64,000 nucleotides of DNA from Vampirovibrionaceae bacterium NZW_1234 (lineage in GTDB: Bacteria > Cyanobacteriota > Vampirovibrionia > Vampirovibrionales > JAGQHJ01): the NCBI GenBank assembly GCA_041697335.1, contig JBGUGD010000039.1:199410-263409 (forward strand). Reading direction: 5' to 3'. Both the position numbers and the translations under genes were made by a program. The notes beneath the pieces are model-generated. The model was not told the DNA's origin. It worked only from the letters and a program-made list of their open reading frames with translations, and did not search any database. Below are positions 19,818 through 30,270 of the stretch, piece after piece; the first letter of the stretch is position 1, and each line of letters opens with the position of its first letter.

Positions 19818-19851
19818 AGGTTTATAATATAGCAGACAAATTTATCCTTCA

Positions 19852-21522
19852 ATGTCGAACACCCCTTTTTTGGAAACAATGAAAGCGAAACACGACGTCC
19901 TATTTCTGCTATTAGTGGCAGGCCTTATTTTCGTCCTCAATATTTGGGCATACCCCTTGTTTGACGTGGATGAACCTCGCTATGCCGAAACCGCGCGCGA
20001 AATGATTTTACACGGTGGCGATTGGATTACTCCCCACTTTAACTGGCATATTCGCTTTGACAAACCACCGATGTTTTACTGGCTGATTGCCAGCTCCTAC
20101 CTAATTTTTGGTGTTTCGGCATTTTCTGCCCGCTTAATCAGCGCCCTGGCTTCCTTTGGCATTATGCTGATGCTTTATTTCATCTGCCGAAAAACGTGGG
20201 ATAGAAAAATGGGCCTTCTGGCAGCCCTGATTTTCGCCACGATGTTAGAGATTTTTTTCCTGGGCCGAACTTCAATAACCGATATGACACTGGCCTGCTT
20301 TATGACAGGTGCATGGCTTAGTCTTTATGCGGCTCAAGCATACTCTCCGAAATGGTTTTTGGCAGCTGGGGCTTTTGCAGGATTGGGTTTGCTGACCAAA
20401 GGTCCTGTAGCCTTAGTTCTTCCAGGGGCGACATTAATGGTATTTCTCGCCATCAGCCATCGCCATCAATGGCGTTTACTTATATCACCATGGCTTTTTT
20501 GGGGTCTTGCACTTATGTTTGCCATCGCGTTGCCCTGGTATGTCGCTGTAACATTGGCGAACCCTGATACCTTTATCCAGAGCTTCTTTTTCCTGCATAA
20601 CCTTCAGCGGTTTGGCGGAGTTGTCTCAGGTCATCAAGGCCCCTGGTATTATTACATTCCTACGCTACTCTTAGGCGCCTTCCCCTGGACACTCCTTCTA
20701 CCCTACTTGGTTCAACGCATTGTAAACGAACGCAGAACGCTGCCAAACCTTGTAATTTACAGCCTGGCTTGGTTTATCCTGGTTTTTCTCTTCTTCAGCC
20801 TTGCAAAAACAAAATTGATCACCTATATCCTTCCCGGATTCGTCCCGCTTGCCATCCTGATGGCTTGGTTCTGGAAACCGGCACTGGAGTCCCAAGCAGG
20901 TGAAAAGCCGCCGAACTTTGAAACATTACGCGGTCTTTCCATAGCTTTAACTGCTTTGGCCCTATCAGGTGTGGTATTTGTCTTTGGCTTTGCAGCTCGA
21001 CTGATTCCTGATAACTTGCAATCCCTCTATCATCATCAACCAGCCCAATTGGTTATCCTCTTGTTAAGCAGTTCATTTGGTATTGCGGCCTATTTTGCCT
21101 GGCACAACAAAGCGCTTCGAGTCTTTCAAACACTGTTAACGGGTGTTGTCTTGGCCTATATCACTACAAACCTTTTGGTATTCCCAATGGTTGGCCACAT
21201 GCTGCAAGCCGATATCCTACCTTACGCCTTGAAAGCCAAACAAGATGACATAAAAATGGGAACCTATAATTTAACCAAGCCAAGCTTGGTTTTTTATCAG
21301 CAAAAACAAGTCGTCTACACGCCAAAGCTTCATGAAGAAGACCAACTGACAGAATTCCTCAATACAAACCCACCCTTCGAGCGCCTCATGTATCTCGTGG
21401 TGCGAAAAAGCGAAGTTGAGGAATTAAATAGAATTTATCCTTTGGAGTTGGTAAACTCAGGGTACGTTTATTCCTTGGTTCGCGTCCGCAACTTTCCCAT
21501 TGATAAGGATTCCAATCAATAA
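19852..21522 (+). CDS. ArnT/PMT-family (GT-C) glycosyltransferase
   Basis: DVDEPRYAETAREM, DWITP, DKPP, LTKGPV, KTKLITYILP; many TM helices. Confidence 0.88.
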   Translation: MSNTPFLETMKAKHDVLFLLLVAGLIFVLNIWAYPLFDVDEPRYAETAREMILHGGDWITPHFNWHIRFDKPPMFYWLIASSYLIFGVSAFSARLISALASFGIMLMLYFICRKTWDRKMGLLAALIFATMLEIFFLGRTSITDMTLACFMTGAWLSLYAAQAYSPKWFLAAGAFAGLGLLTKGPVALVLPGATLMVFLAISHRHQWRLLISPWLFWGLALMFAIALPWYVAVTLANPDTFIQSFFFLHNLQRFGGVVSGHQGPWYYYIPTLLLGAFPWTLLLPYLVQRIVNERRTLPNLVIYSLAWFILVFLFFSLAKTKLITYILPGFVPLAILMAWFWKPALESQAGEKPPNFETLRGLSIALTALALSGVVFVFGFAARLIPDNLQSLYHHQPAQLVILLLSSSFGIAAYFAWHNKALRVFQTLLTGVVLAYITTNLLVFPMVGHMLQADILPYALKAKQDDIKMGTYNLTKPSLVFYQQKQVVYTPKLHEEDQLTEFLNTNPPFERLMYLVVRKSEVEELNRIYPLELVNSGYVYSLVRVRNFPIDKDSNQ

Positions 21523-22514
21523 TGAAACAGCTGTATCCGATCCAGGCCCAATCCAAAAAAACGGCAAACCCGCTTATCTCGCTAATTGTTCCTGTTTACA
21601 ATGAAGAGGAGAGTATCCTGCCACTGTTGCGAGAGCTTTTGGCCGTTGGGGAAAGCTTACAGGTCCCCTTTGAAATTGTGTTTGTCGATGACGGCTCGAC
21701 AGATAATACGGTTGCGACCGTCAAACCCTTCATCGAAGAATTTGCCGGCATTCTCCGGATAATAGAGCTTCGCCGAAACTACGGCCAAACAGCGGCCATG
21801 GCTGCCGGATTTGCGCATGCGGTAGGAGAAATTTTTGTAACCCTGGATGGAGATTTGCAAAACGATCCGCAGGACATCCCGTTGCTATTGCAACGCCTGA
21901 TGGAAACCCATTGCGACATGGTGGTGGGATGGCGTCAGAACCGTCAGGATGCGGTTTTATCTCGAAAAATCCCGTCCTACATTGCTAACCGTATTATTGG
22001 TGCCATGACGGGCATTAAATTTCGGGATTATGGGTGCTCGTTAAAGGCATATCGTCGTGAGTTGGCTCAAGAAATGCCACTCTACGGCGAATTGCATCGC
22101 TTTATTCCGGTATTAGCATCCATGGAAGGTGCCCGTATTGAACAAGTGCCGGTTCATCACCGGGCACGCCAATTTGGTAAAAGTAAATACAACCTGTCTC
22201 GCACCTTTAAAGTCATCTTGGATTTAGGAATGCTGCTTTTCCTGAAGCGATTTTTCACCCGCCCCTTACATATGTTCGGGCGCCTTGGCCTTGGCTCACT
22301 TCTAAGTGGGCTCCTTATTCTTGGCACATTAACCTACGAAAAACTTGTTCACCAAGTAGATTTAGGCGATCGCCCATTATTACTTCTGGGAGTTCTTCTC
22401 GTGTTAACAGGGATTCAGCTGATCAGCACAGGCCTGTTGGCAGAACTGCAAATCCGGACTTATTTTGAGTCCCAGCAAAAAGCCCCCTACAAGGTCCGAA
22501 CGATTCACGCCTAA
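21522..22514 (+). CDS. GT2 polyprenol-phosphate glycosyltransferase (ArnC/GtrB-like)
   Basis: VPVYNEE, VDDGSTD, RNYGQTAA, DGDLQNDP, two C-terminal TM helices. Confidence 0.9.
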   Translation: MKQLYPIQAQSKKTANPLISLIVPVYNEEESILPLLRELLAVGESLQVPFEIVFVDDGSTDNTVATVKPFIEEFAGILRIIELRRNYGQTAAMAAGFAHAVGEIFVTLDGDLQNDPQDIPLLLQRLMETHCDMVVGWRQNRQDAVLSRKIPSYIANRIIGAMTGIKFRDYGCSLKAYRRELAQEMPLYGELHRFIPVLASMEGARIEQVPVHHRARQFGKSKYNLSRTFKVILDLGMLLFLKRFFTRPLHMFGRLGLGSLLSGLLILGTLTYEKLVHQVDLGDRPLLLLGVLLVLTGIQLISTGLLAELQIRTYFESQQKAPYKVRTIHA

Positions 22515-23470
22515 TGTCAACCAAAGCCCTCCTGAAGACCCTACTGAAAATCCTCATCAGTGGTGGCTTATTGGTAATACTTTTTAGCAGAATAAACTCT
22601 GAGGATCTGGCCGCAACACTCAGCAGCCTTCAGTGGTGGCAACTGCTTCTCGGGGTGTTCGGTAATTTAGGTTGCCAATTTCTATCCTCCTATCGCTGGT
22701 TACACGTGGCTCAGGCCATGAAACTCGGAACATCTGTGGGACAATTTTTTCGGTTTTATTTGATTGGGATGTTTTTAAGCCTGTTCCTTCCCACGGCTGT
22801 GGGGGGCGACGTGGGCCGGGCTATGATGTTGTCCAAGGAGAAGCAGTGCCGATGGGTACAGGCCTTTTCCACCATTCTGGCGGAACGTTTTTGTGGCTTA
22901 TTTGGCTTGCTGTTCTTTGTCACGCTGAGCCTCTGGGTCAGTCCACCGCCACCATGGCCTGTCTGGGGCACCCTTATCTTAACCGTGACCACAGGGGGAC
23001 TCATGATCTTTATTTATGCCTTTAAAGCCATAGAAGATCACCCTCTAGGTCGTGCCTTTATTGAGCGATTCCTACTCAAGCAAAACCCGATTGATCCTGA
23101 TAAAGTCCCGATTTGGCCTGACACGAAAGGCGCAACAATTGGCATTGTGATTTCCATTGCTTACCATGGTCTCAGTATTACACTGCAATATTGGCTCCTT
23201 ACCCGCTTGGGGGTAAGCTTACCGTGGCCCTTAATGGCGGTTGTCTACGGTTTGTCAGGGCTTGCCTCAATGATTCCATTATCTCTTAGTGGTATCGGCC
23301 TACGCGAAGGTTCCATCACACTGATGCTAACCGCCTGGGGACATATTCCTGACCACACGGCCACAGTTTTCAGTTTAGTCTGGTTAACCGTGGTCCTGCT
23401 GTCTATGGTGCCCGGTGGATGCCTGCTGTTGCAATCTCAGCTATGGATATCTGCGCGCAAAAAAGTTTGA
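22514..23470 (+). CDS. Lysylphosphatidylglycerol synthase TM-domain (flippase-like) protein
   Basis: RW motif, FLPTAVGGDVGR, ER, PLSLSGIGLREG. Confidence 0.82.
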   Translation: MSTKALLKTLLKILISGGLLVILFSRINSEDLAATLSSLQWWQLLLGVFGNLGCQFLSSYRWLHVAQAMKLGTSVGQFFRFYLIGMFLSLFLPTAVGGDVGRAMMLSKEKQCRWVQAFSTILAERFCGLFGLLFFVTLSLWVSPPPPWPVWGTLILTVTTGGLMIFIYAFKAIEDHPLGRAFIERFLLKQNPIDPDKVPIWPDTKGATIGIVISIAYHGLSITLQYWLLTRLGVSLPWPLMAVVYGLSGLASMIPLSLSGIGLREGSITLMLTAWGHIPDHTATVFSLVWLTVVLLSMVPGGCLLLQSQLWISARKKV

Positions 23471-23535
23471 AACCGTTACAATGTCATTGTATGCTGACCA
23501 TACTAAATCAAAGCCATCCGGAAGAAAGGGGCGAC

Positions 23536-25461
23536 ATGAGCCAGTATCGAATCCAGCCGTTTCTCTTAGCAACCCACCTCGCGTTAATTGTATCCCTCTC
23601 TAGCAGCGTCTTCGCCCAAAGCATTGACATCCGGGAAAACCCCGATGATGCCTCTCTGGAACCCACTCCACTTGAAGAATTAGCTCCCAATGGTAGCGCT
23701 GAGTCCATCCCAGGAACAGAGCCTTTGTATGATCAAGGCATCACAGTCACTCAAATTGAAATTTCAGGAAATAAGCTGGTTCCGGCAGACACGATCCAAA
23801 AAGCCATGCTAACCCGCCCGGGAAGCCTGTATAGTAAACGCCGCCTCCAAGCTGATTTAAAACGGATTTACGATTTGGGGTACTTTACTGAGCATTTGCG
23901 AGTGGTTCCTGTGGCTACTCGTGAAGGCGTGCACTTAAAAGTGGAAGTAGAAGAAAATCCGGTCGTAAATGCCTTTAGTTTTGACGGCGTAAATAGCGTC
24001 AAAAAAGAAGAGTTGGAAAAGTTTTTTGCCGAGCAAACCGGCATGCCTCAGAATGTCAATGCGATTAACCAGGGCATCCAGTCCATCGAACAGTATTACA
24101 AAGATAAGGGCTATGTTTTGGCTCGGGTTGACGATATTCGCGAAGAACCCCCAGGAACCGTTCAGCTGGTCATTAACGAAGGTCAGTTGAATAAAATCGG
24201 GTTCTCAGGAAACAGCAAAACCAAGGACTATGTCATCCGACGTGCCATGGCTCAGAAAGAAAACACGGTTTATAACGAAAAAACCGTCTCAGAAGATATG
24301 AAGCGCATCTTCTCAACTCAAGCGTTTTCTGATGTTCGCCGTGTGGTTAAAGCTTCAGCCGAAAAACCGGGTGAATATGATCTGACCATTGAAGTTGATG
24401 AAAAGAAAACCGGAGCCATCTCTCTTGGGGGTGGGGTTGATACCGGCACGGGTGTTTTCGGTTCTGTCGGCTATTCCGACCCGAATTTCTTAGGAAGAGG
24501 CCAGGATGTCAGCACGGTCTTCTCTCTGGGAAGCGGTGTGTTAACCTCAACTCGCGATGTCTTAAGACGTCGGGTCTTACAGTCGCAGGTCAGCTGGTTT
24601 AATCCAAGCCTGGCTGAAACATCCAATTCTCTTGGCGTATCCATGTTTGCCCGAGAGCTAGGCAGCTTTAACGTCCCCTTGGCAATTGAACGGCGTCTTG
24701 GAAGTGAAGTCACCCTGGGCCACCCGCTGGAAAAATTTCTGGGTGCCAGTGTCAGCCTAGGCCTTGGCTTTGAAAATGTGTTCCTGCGTGAAGGGGTTTC
24801 TCAAACCGAACTAAACCGATTTGGGATTACTCCTGCTCAACGGACCCGTCAATTAGAGGATGGCAGCTTTGTCTTTTTAGCTCCTGCATTGGCTTATGAT
24901 TCTCGGGACAACCGGCTTTCTCCTTCAAGAGGCTGGTTTAACACTGTGGGAAGCCGTTTTGCCTTGGGCTTGGGCAACGACTCCTATGCAACCTTAACGG
25001 CAAACTTACGTCGATATTTACGGATTACCGATAACATGACCTTTGCTATTAACGGCCAGGGTGGCTTCAATCCCATTGGCGATGTGCCTGACTTCAACAT
25101 GTTCCGCATGGGTGGGGCCTTCACCGTCCGAGGCTTCAACGAAGGGGGTATCGGTGTGGGCCAACACTTTGTGCTGGGAAGTGCCGAACTCAGAACCCGG
25201 TTCCCCTTCCTGCAGAAGTTTCAGAAGTACCCGCTCTACGATATGCTTCAGGCAGCATTTTTTGTGGATGCTGGGAAGCTGTTTGACGAATCCGAAACCA
25301 ACGATCAGTTTCGTCGGCCAGGCTATGCCATTTCGATGGGGGCAGGTCTTCGGGTAAATATTCCTGCCGTGGGTCCGCTCCGAATTGATTACGCTATCCC
25401 TCTCACCGACACCAATGGCCTTGCACGCAACCTGAACTTTGGTGTTGGCCACAAATTCTAA
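23536..25461 (+). CDS. bamA: Omp85/BamA outer membrane assembly factor
   Basis: Three POTRA-like repeats (ISGNKLV, FSGNSKTKDYVIRR), NFLGRGQ, VRGF, GPLRIDYA, C-terminal F. Confidence 0.93.
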   Translation: MSQYRIQPFLLATHLALIVSLSSSVFAQSIDIRENPDDASLEPTPLEELAPNGSAESIPGTEPLYDQGITVTQIEISGNKLVPADTIQKAMLTRPGSLYSKRRLQADLKRIYDLGYFTEHLRVVPVATREGVHLKVEVEENPVVNAFSFDGVNSVKKEELEKFFAEQTGMPQNVNAINQGIQSIEQYYKDKGYVLARVDDIREEPPGTVQLVINEGQLNKIGFSGNSKTKDYVIRRAMAQKENTVYNEKTVSEDMKRIFSTQAFSDVRRVVKASAEKPGEYDLTIEVDEKKTGAISLGGGVDTGTGVFGSVGYSDPNFLGRGQDVSTVFSLGSGVLTSTRDVLRRRVLQSQVSWFNPSLAETSNSLGVSMFARELGSFNVPLAIERRLGSEVTLGHPLEKFLGASVSLGLGFENVFLREGVSQTELNRFGITPAQRTRQLEDGSFVFLAPALAYDSRDNRLSPSRGWFNTVGSRFALGLGNDSYATLTANLRRYLRITDNMTFAINGQGGFNPIGDVPDFNMFRMGGAFTVRGFNEGGIGVGQHFVLGSAELRTRFPFLQKFQKYPLYDMLQAAFFVDAGKLFDESETNDQFRRPGYAISMGAGLRVNIPAVGPLRIDYAIPLTDTNGLARNLNFGVGHKF

Positions 25462-25516
25462 GCCCTTTGAATCCCCGAGTTAATTCGTAAACACCTGTTT
25501 GTAATAAGGAGTAAAA

Positions 25517-25978
25517 ATGATGAAACGGATTTATCAAGCTCTGGCAACGATTTTCACCGTAGCCTTGCTAAGCGGAACCGCTGCGTTAGCGGATAATGTA
25601 GGTGTTGTAGACATGCAGGAAGTCTCCCAAAGATACACCAAAGCCCAAAGTGTTGCTGAGCAAATCAAGACTAAGGAAGAAGAACTTCAGAAGTTGCGTG
25701 ATTCCTTGGCGGGCCAGCTTAAAGCGGGTGAAAAACTTTCTGCAACAGAGAAAAAATCTTTGGAAGAAAAGCTCAACAAGCAATTTGCTGAAAAGTTTAA
25801 AGAATATCGTGAGTGGACCTTGTCCAAGGAACAAGAGATCCGTGAAGACTTTGAAAAAGCCGTGCAAGTCGTTGCTGGAACCACGAAATTGGATGTTATT
25901 TTGCCGAAGCAGTCTGTTCTCCAAGGTGGTCGTGATGTTACCGGCGACGTTTTGAAGGTTCTTAACGGTGCTCATTAA
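25517..25978 (+). CDS. skp: OmpH/Skp periplasmic chaperone
   Basis: Signal peptide, VGVVDMQ, coiled coil, DVT..VL; follows bamA. Confidence 0.88.
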   Translation: MMKRIYQALATIFTVALLSGTAALADNVGVVDMQEVSQRYTKAQSVAEQIKTKEEELQKLRDSLAGQLKAGEKLSATEKKSLEEKLNKQFAEKFKEYREWTLSKEQEIREDFEKAVQVVAGTTKLDVILPKQSVLQGGRDVTGDVLKVLNGAH

Positions 25979-26029
25979 CCCCGTTATCTGTTATATTTCT
26001 TAAACTTTGTACAGATGGGGTTGACTATT

Positions 26030-26111
26030 GTATTCATTACACTTACCTTAGTGTCTTGAATACTATATACCCCTCCTTAAGTTTCTCGACCCAGTGGTCG
26101 AGATTTTTTTT
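26030..26111 (+). ncRNA. Candidate small RNA / structured 3' UTR with anti-SD motif and terminator
   Basis: 5' hairpin 26030-26063, unpaired ATACCCCTCCTTAA, terminator TCTCGACC-cagt-GGTCGAGA followed by a T-tract. Confidence 0.45.
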
Positions 26112-26269
26112 GCCCTTTTGTCCTACTACTTTTCGGAGTAGGAAACCGTTTCTCCGTTTCAAAACCCTACAAGTTCTGAACATAAGAGCCTTTCGGCATC
26201 GGTAAAGATTTGCTTCAGAGCAGCAGGTTTGCTTTTTCCTTTCCCAAAGGCTTTTGTTACAATCCTGCT

Positions 26270-28876
26270 ATGGACAGCTCAAAACTCCCGGAAATGAATC
26301 TTTCGTGCTCCGCACAGTTAAACCCGGCGGATGCTACTCCCATGATGCGCCAGTTCTTGGAAGTTAAACAGGCGTACCCGGGGGTTATTCTGTTTTACCG
26401 GATGGGGGACTTTTATGAAACCTTTCTGGAAGATGCGGTTATTACAGCACGCGCCTTGGAAATTACCCTCACCAGCCGGGAGGCAGGGAAATTGGGCCGT
26501 ATCCCTATGGCGGGTGTACCTGTTAAAGCCGTTGATGGGTACTTGCAACGGCTTTTAGAGAAAAACTTCAAGGTCGCTATCTGCGAACAAGTGGAAGATC
26601 CCGCTCTGGCTAAAGGCCTTGTGGAACGACGCGTGACCCGAGTCTTGTCCAGTGGCACTGTGGCCGATCAAAAGTTTTTGAAATCAAACGAGAACAACTT
26701 CCTGGCTGCCGCGTGGTATTCCTCCAAAGCACATCTTTGGGGCTTTGCTTATTGCGACGCCACGACGGGAGAGTTCTTTACGACCCAACTCTCGGAAGAT
26801 CAGTTTACCAACGAACTCGACAGAGTTCGTCCGTCAGAACTTCTGGTTCCGGGGCGTCGTCAAAAAGGCATTGTGGTTGACGAATGGGTCCCTGACGTTA
26901 CTATTTCCCTTCAAGAACATTATTCCTGCACCGCTCTTCGCCCTGAGGCCTTTGATTTAAAACGCGCTGAAGAACGGATTCGAAAATGGTTTAACATCCA
27001 AAGCCTGGACAGTTTTGGACTTTTGGATGCCCCGACTGCCGTCGTGGCCGTTGGCAGCATTTTGGGTTACCTCGAGCAAACCTACCTTGAAGAAGCTCGC
27101 CCCACCTTTGACAGCCTGCGGTTCTACCAGCTGACGGATCGTATGGAGATGAATCACACAACACGACGGCATCTAGAAATTCTGCAAACCGTCAAAGACG
27201 GTAAATGGGAAGGATCTTTATTAGGGGTACTCGATAAGACCTCCACCAGCATGGGGGCTCGACTGCTTCGGCAATGGCTACAAGCCCCATCTATTGACCT
27301 GAACGAAATCAACAGCCGCTTGGACGCGGTTGAAGCTCTGGTTCTAGACCCGGTCTTGCGTGACGGCCTCTTGAGCACGCTGCCCAACATCTATGATTTG
27401 GAGCGCTTGAGCATGAAGGTTCAAAATTTGAGTGCTCAGCCACGGGATTTGATTGCCCTTAAGAAGTCGTGTCAGCTCTTGCCCCGGATCTCCGAACTTC
27501 TCAAAGGCACGGAGACGTTCTACCTCAATCGGGCTCAAGCCATGCCTCCGGAATTACATGTGTTTACCCAGCGTATTGAAGAGACACTGCTGGAAACCCC
27601 TGCCATCGGCCTTAAAGAAGGCAACCTATTCAAAACCGGGGTTGATGCTGAATTGGATCGGCTTCGGGCGTTGGTTGAGACACAACAAAGCTGGCTGGAA
27701 GATTATGAACGAACTGAACGTGAGCGTACCGGATTGAAAACCCTCAAGGTCGGCTTGAACAATGCCTTTGGCTATTTTATTGAAATCAGCAAATCTCTTG
27801 CCAAACAAGCCCCTCCGGATTATCAACGCAAGCAAACCTTGACCAACGCAGAGCGTTTTACCACACCGGAACTAAAATCCCATGAAGAACAAGTCTTTGA
27901 GGCCCAAGGCAAACTCTTCGATATCGAATACCAACTTTACTTAAAGCTGCGAGAAGAACTTCAAGCCTATGGACCGCTACTTCGGGATGTGGCCCAACGC
28001 ATTGCGGTACTGGATGTGCTACTGTCTCTGGCCATTGTGGCCGTTGAGCAACAATACACCCGCCCTCATATGGACAGCTCTTTGGAGCTGACCCTTCATG
28101 AGGCCCGGCATCCGGTTATTGAAAAAATCTTGCCTCTGGGCGCTTTTGTGAGTAACAATGCGACCTTGTCAGCAGCTCCCAAAGATCACCGCATTCCTCA
28201 ATTGATGATCATTACCGGCCCAAACATGGCAGGTAAATCGACTTATATGCGCCAAGTCGCCTTGATTGTCCTGATGGCTCAGATGGGTAGCTTTGTTCCT
28301 GCAAGCTATGCTCGTATTGGCATCGTAGACAAGCTCTTTACACGCATCGGTGCGGTGGATGACTTGGCCAGCGGTCAATCGACTTTTATGGTTGAAATGA
28401 CCGAAACAGCTCATATTCTGAACTGTGCCACCCAACATAGCCTGGTTCTTCTTGATGAAGTGGGCCGAGGCACAAGTACCTATGACGGGGTCTCAATTGC
28501 CTGGAGCGTAGCGGAGCATCTGGTTCACCATAATGGTTGTCGGACTTTGTTTGCCACCCATTACCATGAGCTTAACACCCTGGAACAAATCAGCCCCAAA
28601 ATTCAAAACTACCGGGTTCTGGTGAGTGAAAGCGAGGGCAATATTGAGTTTCTCCATACCGTTGTTCCCGGGGCTGCCCAGAAAAGCTATGGCATTCAAG
28701 TTGCCAAAATGGCAGGCCTTCCCGCCAAAGTCATTGCCAAAGCCGAACGACTGATGAACCGGATGCAGGAAAAAGAATTCACCGTTATCGAAAAGCAGCG
28801 TCAAACGTCACTATTGGCTGCAGCCCAGGAAGATCAGCTGAGCCTTTTTAGCCCCCTTGATGCCCCAACTTTGTAA
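26270..28876 (+). CDS. mutS: DNA mismatch repair protein MutS
   Basis: TPMMRQF, FYRMGDFYE, TGPNMAGKSTYMRQ, DEVGRGTST, ATHYHEL. Confidence 0.98.
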   Translation: MDSSKLPEMNLSCSAQLNPADATPMMRQFLEVKQAYPGVILFYRMGDFYETFLEDAVITARALEITLTSREAGKLGRIPMAGVPVKAVDGYLQRLLEKNFKVAICEQVEDPALAKGLVERRVTRVLSSGTVADQKFLKSNENNFLAAAWYSSKAHLWGFAYCDATTGEFFTTQLSEDQFTNELDRVRPSELLVPGRRQKGIVVDEWVPDVTISLQEHYSCTALRPEAFDLKRAEERIRKWFNIQSLDSFGLLDAPTAVVAVGSILGYLEQTYLEEARPTFDSLRFYQLTDRMEMNHTTRRHLEILQTVKDGKWEGSLLGVLDKTSTSMGARLLRQWLQAPSIDLNEINSRLDAVEALVLDPVLRDGLLSTLPNIYDLERLSMKVQNLSAQPRDLIALKKSCQLLPRISELLKGTETFYLNRAQAMPPELHVFTQRIEETLLETPAIGLKEGNLFKTGVDAELDRLRALVETQQSWLEDYERTERERTGLKTLKVGLNNAFGYFIEISKSLAKQAPPDYQRKQTLTNAERFTTPELKSHEEQVFEAQGKLFDIEYQLYLKLREELQAYGPLLRDVAQRIAVLDVLLSLAIVAVEQQYTRPHMDSSLELTLHEARHPVIEKILPLGAFVSNNATLSAAPKDHRIPQLMIITGPNMAGKSTYMRQVALIVLMAQMGSFVPASYARIGIVDKLFTRIGAVDDLASGQSTFMVEMTETAHILNCATQHSLVLLDEVGRGTSTYDGVSIAWSVAEHLVHHNGCRTLFATHYHELNTLEQISPKIQNYRVLVSESEGNIEFLHTVVPGAAQKSYGIQVAKMAGLPAKVIAKAERLMNRMQEKEFTVIEKQRQTSLLAAAQEDQLSLFSPLDAPTL

Positions 28877-28885
28877 TGAACCGGC

Positions 28886-30256
28886 ATGACCATTGAGACT
28901 GCCAGCACCATTGCCGCTCTAGCGACCCCCCGTGGGACCGGTGGCGTGGCCATTATTCGTATCAGTGGCCCACAATCATGGTCCATTGCCCAAGCCCTGA
29001 GTGACACAAAACTTCCCTGGACCCCAGGCAAGGTGAGTTATGGCTGGATCATTGATCCACGTGATCAACAACCCCTCGACGAAGTTTTGATTTTACCCTT
29101 TCAAGGCCCCCATAGCTTTACCGGCGAAGATTGTGTGGAAATCCACTGTCATGGCGGCCTGTATCTTTCCAAGGCCCTATTAAACCTCTGCCTGGAGCAG
29201 GGGGCTCAGGCTGCTGTGGCCGGTGAGTTTACCCGGCGGGCTTTTTTAAACGGTCGCATCGATTTAACCCAAGCCGAATCCATTCTGGACCTGATTCACG
29301 CGCAAGGCAGTGCTTTAGTGAAGCTTTCGGCCCACAATTTGCATCAAAAAAGCGTGTCTCATTTGCTTCAGCGCTACCTTTTGGAGATCGGCAGCGTCCA
29401 AGCAGACCTGACCGCAAGCATTGATTTTCCAGACGAGGTGGATGAGCCGGAACGGACCCCGCTCGGACAGCAGCTGTTGGAGTTTGCCCAACAGCTAAAA
29501 ACCCAGATCGACATTAACCAGCGTCACCAGGTTCTTCGAGACGGCTTGGAAATTGCCATATTAGGCTTGCCTAACGCCGGAAAATCCTCGCTATTCAATG
29601 CGCTCCTGGCATCCGACCGCTCCATTGTGACCGACATTGCCGGCACCACGCGAGATATTATTCGAGAACCGTTGTCCATCCAAGGCATTCCAGTGACTCT
29701 GGTGGATACCGCCGGACTTCGAGAGACAGCCGATCAGGTTGAAAGTCTCGGGGTTGAGCGCAGCTGGAGTGCCATGGAAACAGCCGAAGCCATTATTTAT
29801 GTTTATGATGGCACGGTGGGACTCTCTCAATACGACTTGGATCTGCTGGCGAAAATCCCCCAGAAAATAGGATTACTGGTTCAAAATAAATGTGATGCCT
29901 CAGAGGCACTCACGCCCCCCACAAGCCTCCCAAAATCCTGGCCTCTGGTCTCAACCTCCGCAAAACATGGGGACGGTTTACAAGCGATTCTGGACTGGTT
30001 GAGTGACATTAGTGAACAACTCACCCCAGATGAAGATATGGCCTTTTTATTATCCCAACGTCAAATTCAGGCCTTGCTCCAAGTCCACCAAGATCTTCAA
30101 GAAGCAGGCGAAACATTGTTATCCGACAGCCTTCCTCTGGATCTGGCCACGGTTCCACTGACCCATGCACTTCTGGAACTTCAGGGGCTTTTGGGTCAAG
30201 ATACAACGGAGATGGTCTTGGATACCGTCTTTGCCCGGTTTTGTGTGGGAAAGTAG
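28886..30256 (+). CDS. mnmE: tRNA modification GTPase MnmE
   Basis: TIAALAT, SFTGED, GEFTRRAFLNGRIDL, GLPNAGKSS, GTTRD, FCVGK. Confidence 0.97.
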   Translation: MTIETASTIAALATPRGTGGVAIIRISGPQSWSIAQALSDTKLPWTPGKVSYGWIIDPRDQQPLDEVLILPFQGPHSFTGEDCVEIHCHGGLYLSKALLNLCLEQGAQAAVAGEFTRRAFLNGRIDLTQAESILDLIHAQGSALVKLSAHNLHQKSVSHLLQRYLLEIGSVQADLTASIDFPDEVDEPERTPLGQQLLEFAQQLKTQIDINQRHQVLRDGLEIAILGLPNAGKSSLFNALLASDRSIVTDIAGTTRDIIREPLSIQGIPVTLVDTAGLRETADQVESLGVERSWSAMETAEAIIYVYDGTVGLSQYDLDLLAKIPQKIGLLVQNKCDASEALTPPTSLPKSWPLVSTSAKHGDGLQAILDWLSDISEQLTPDEDMAFLLSQRQIQALLQVHQDLQEAGETLLSDSLPLDLATVPLTHALLELQGLLGQDTTEMVLDTVFARFCVGK

Positions 30257-30270
30257 CGAGCAACCCGAAG

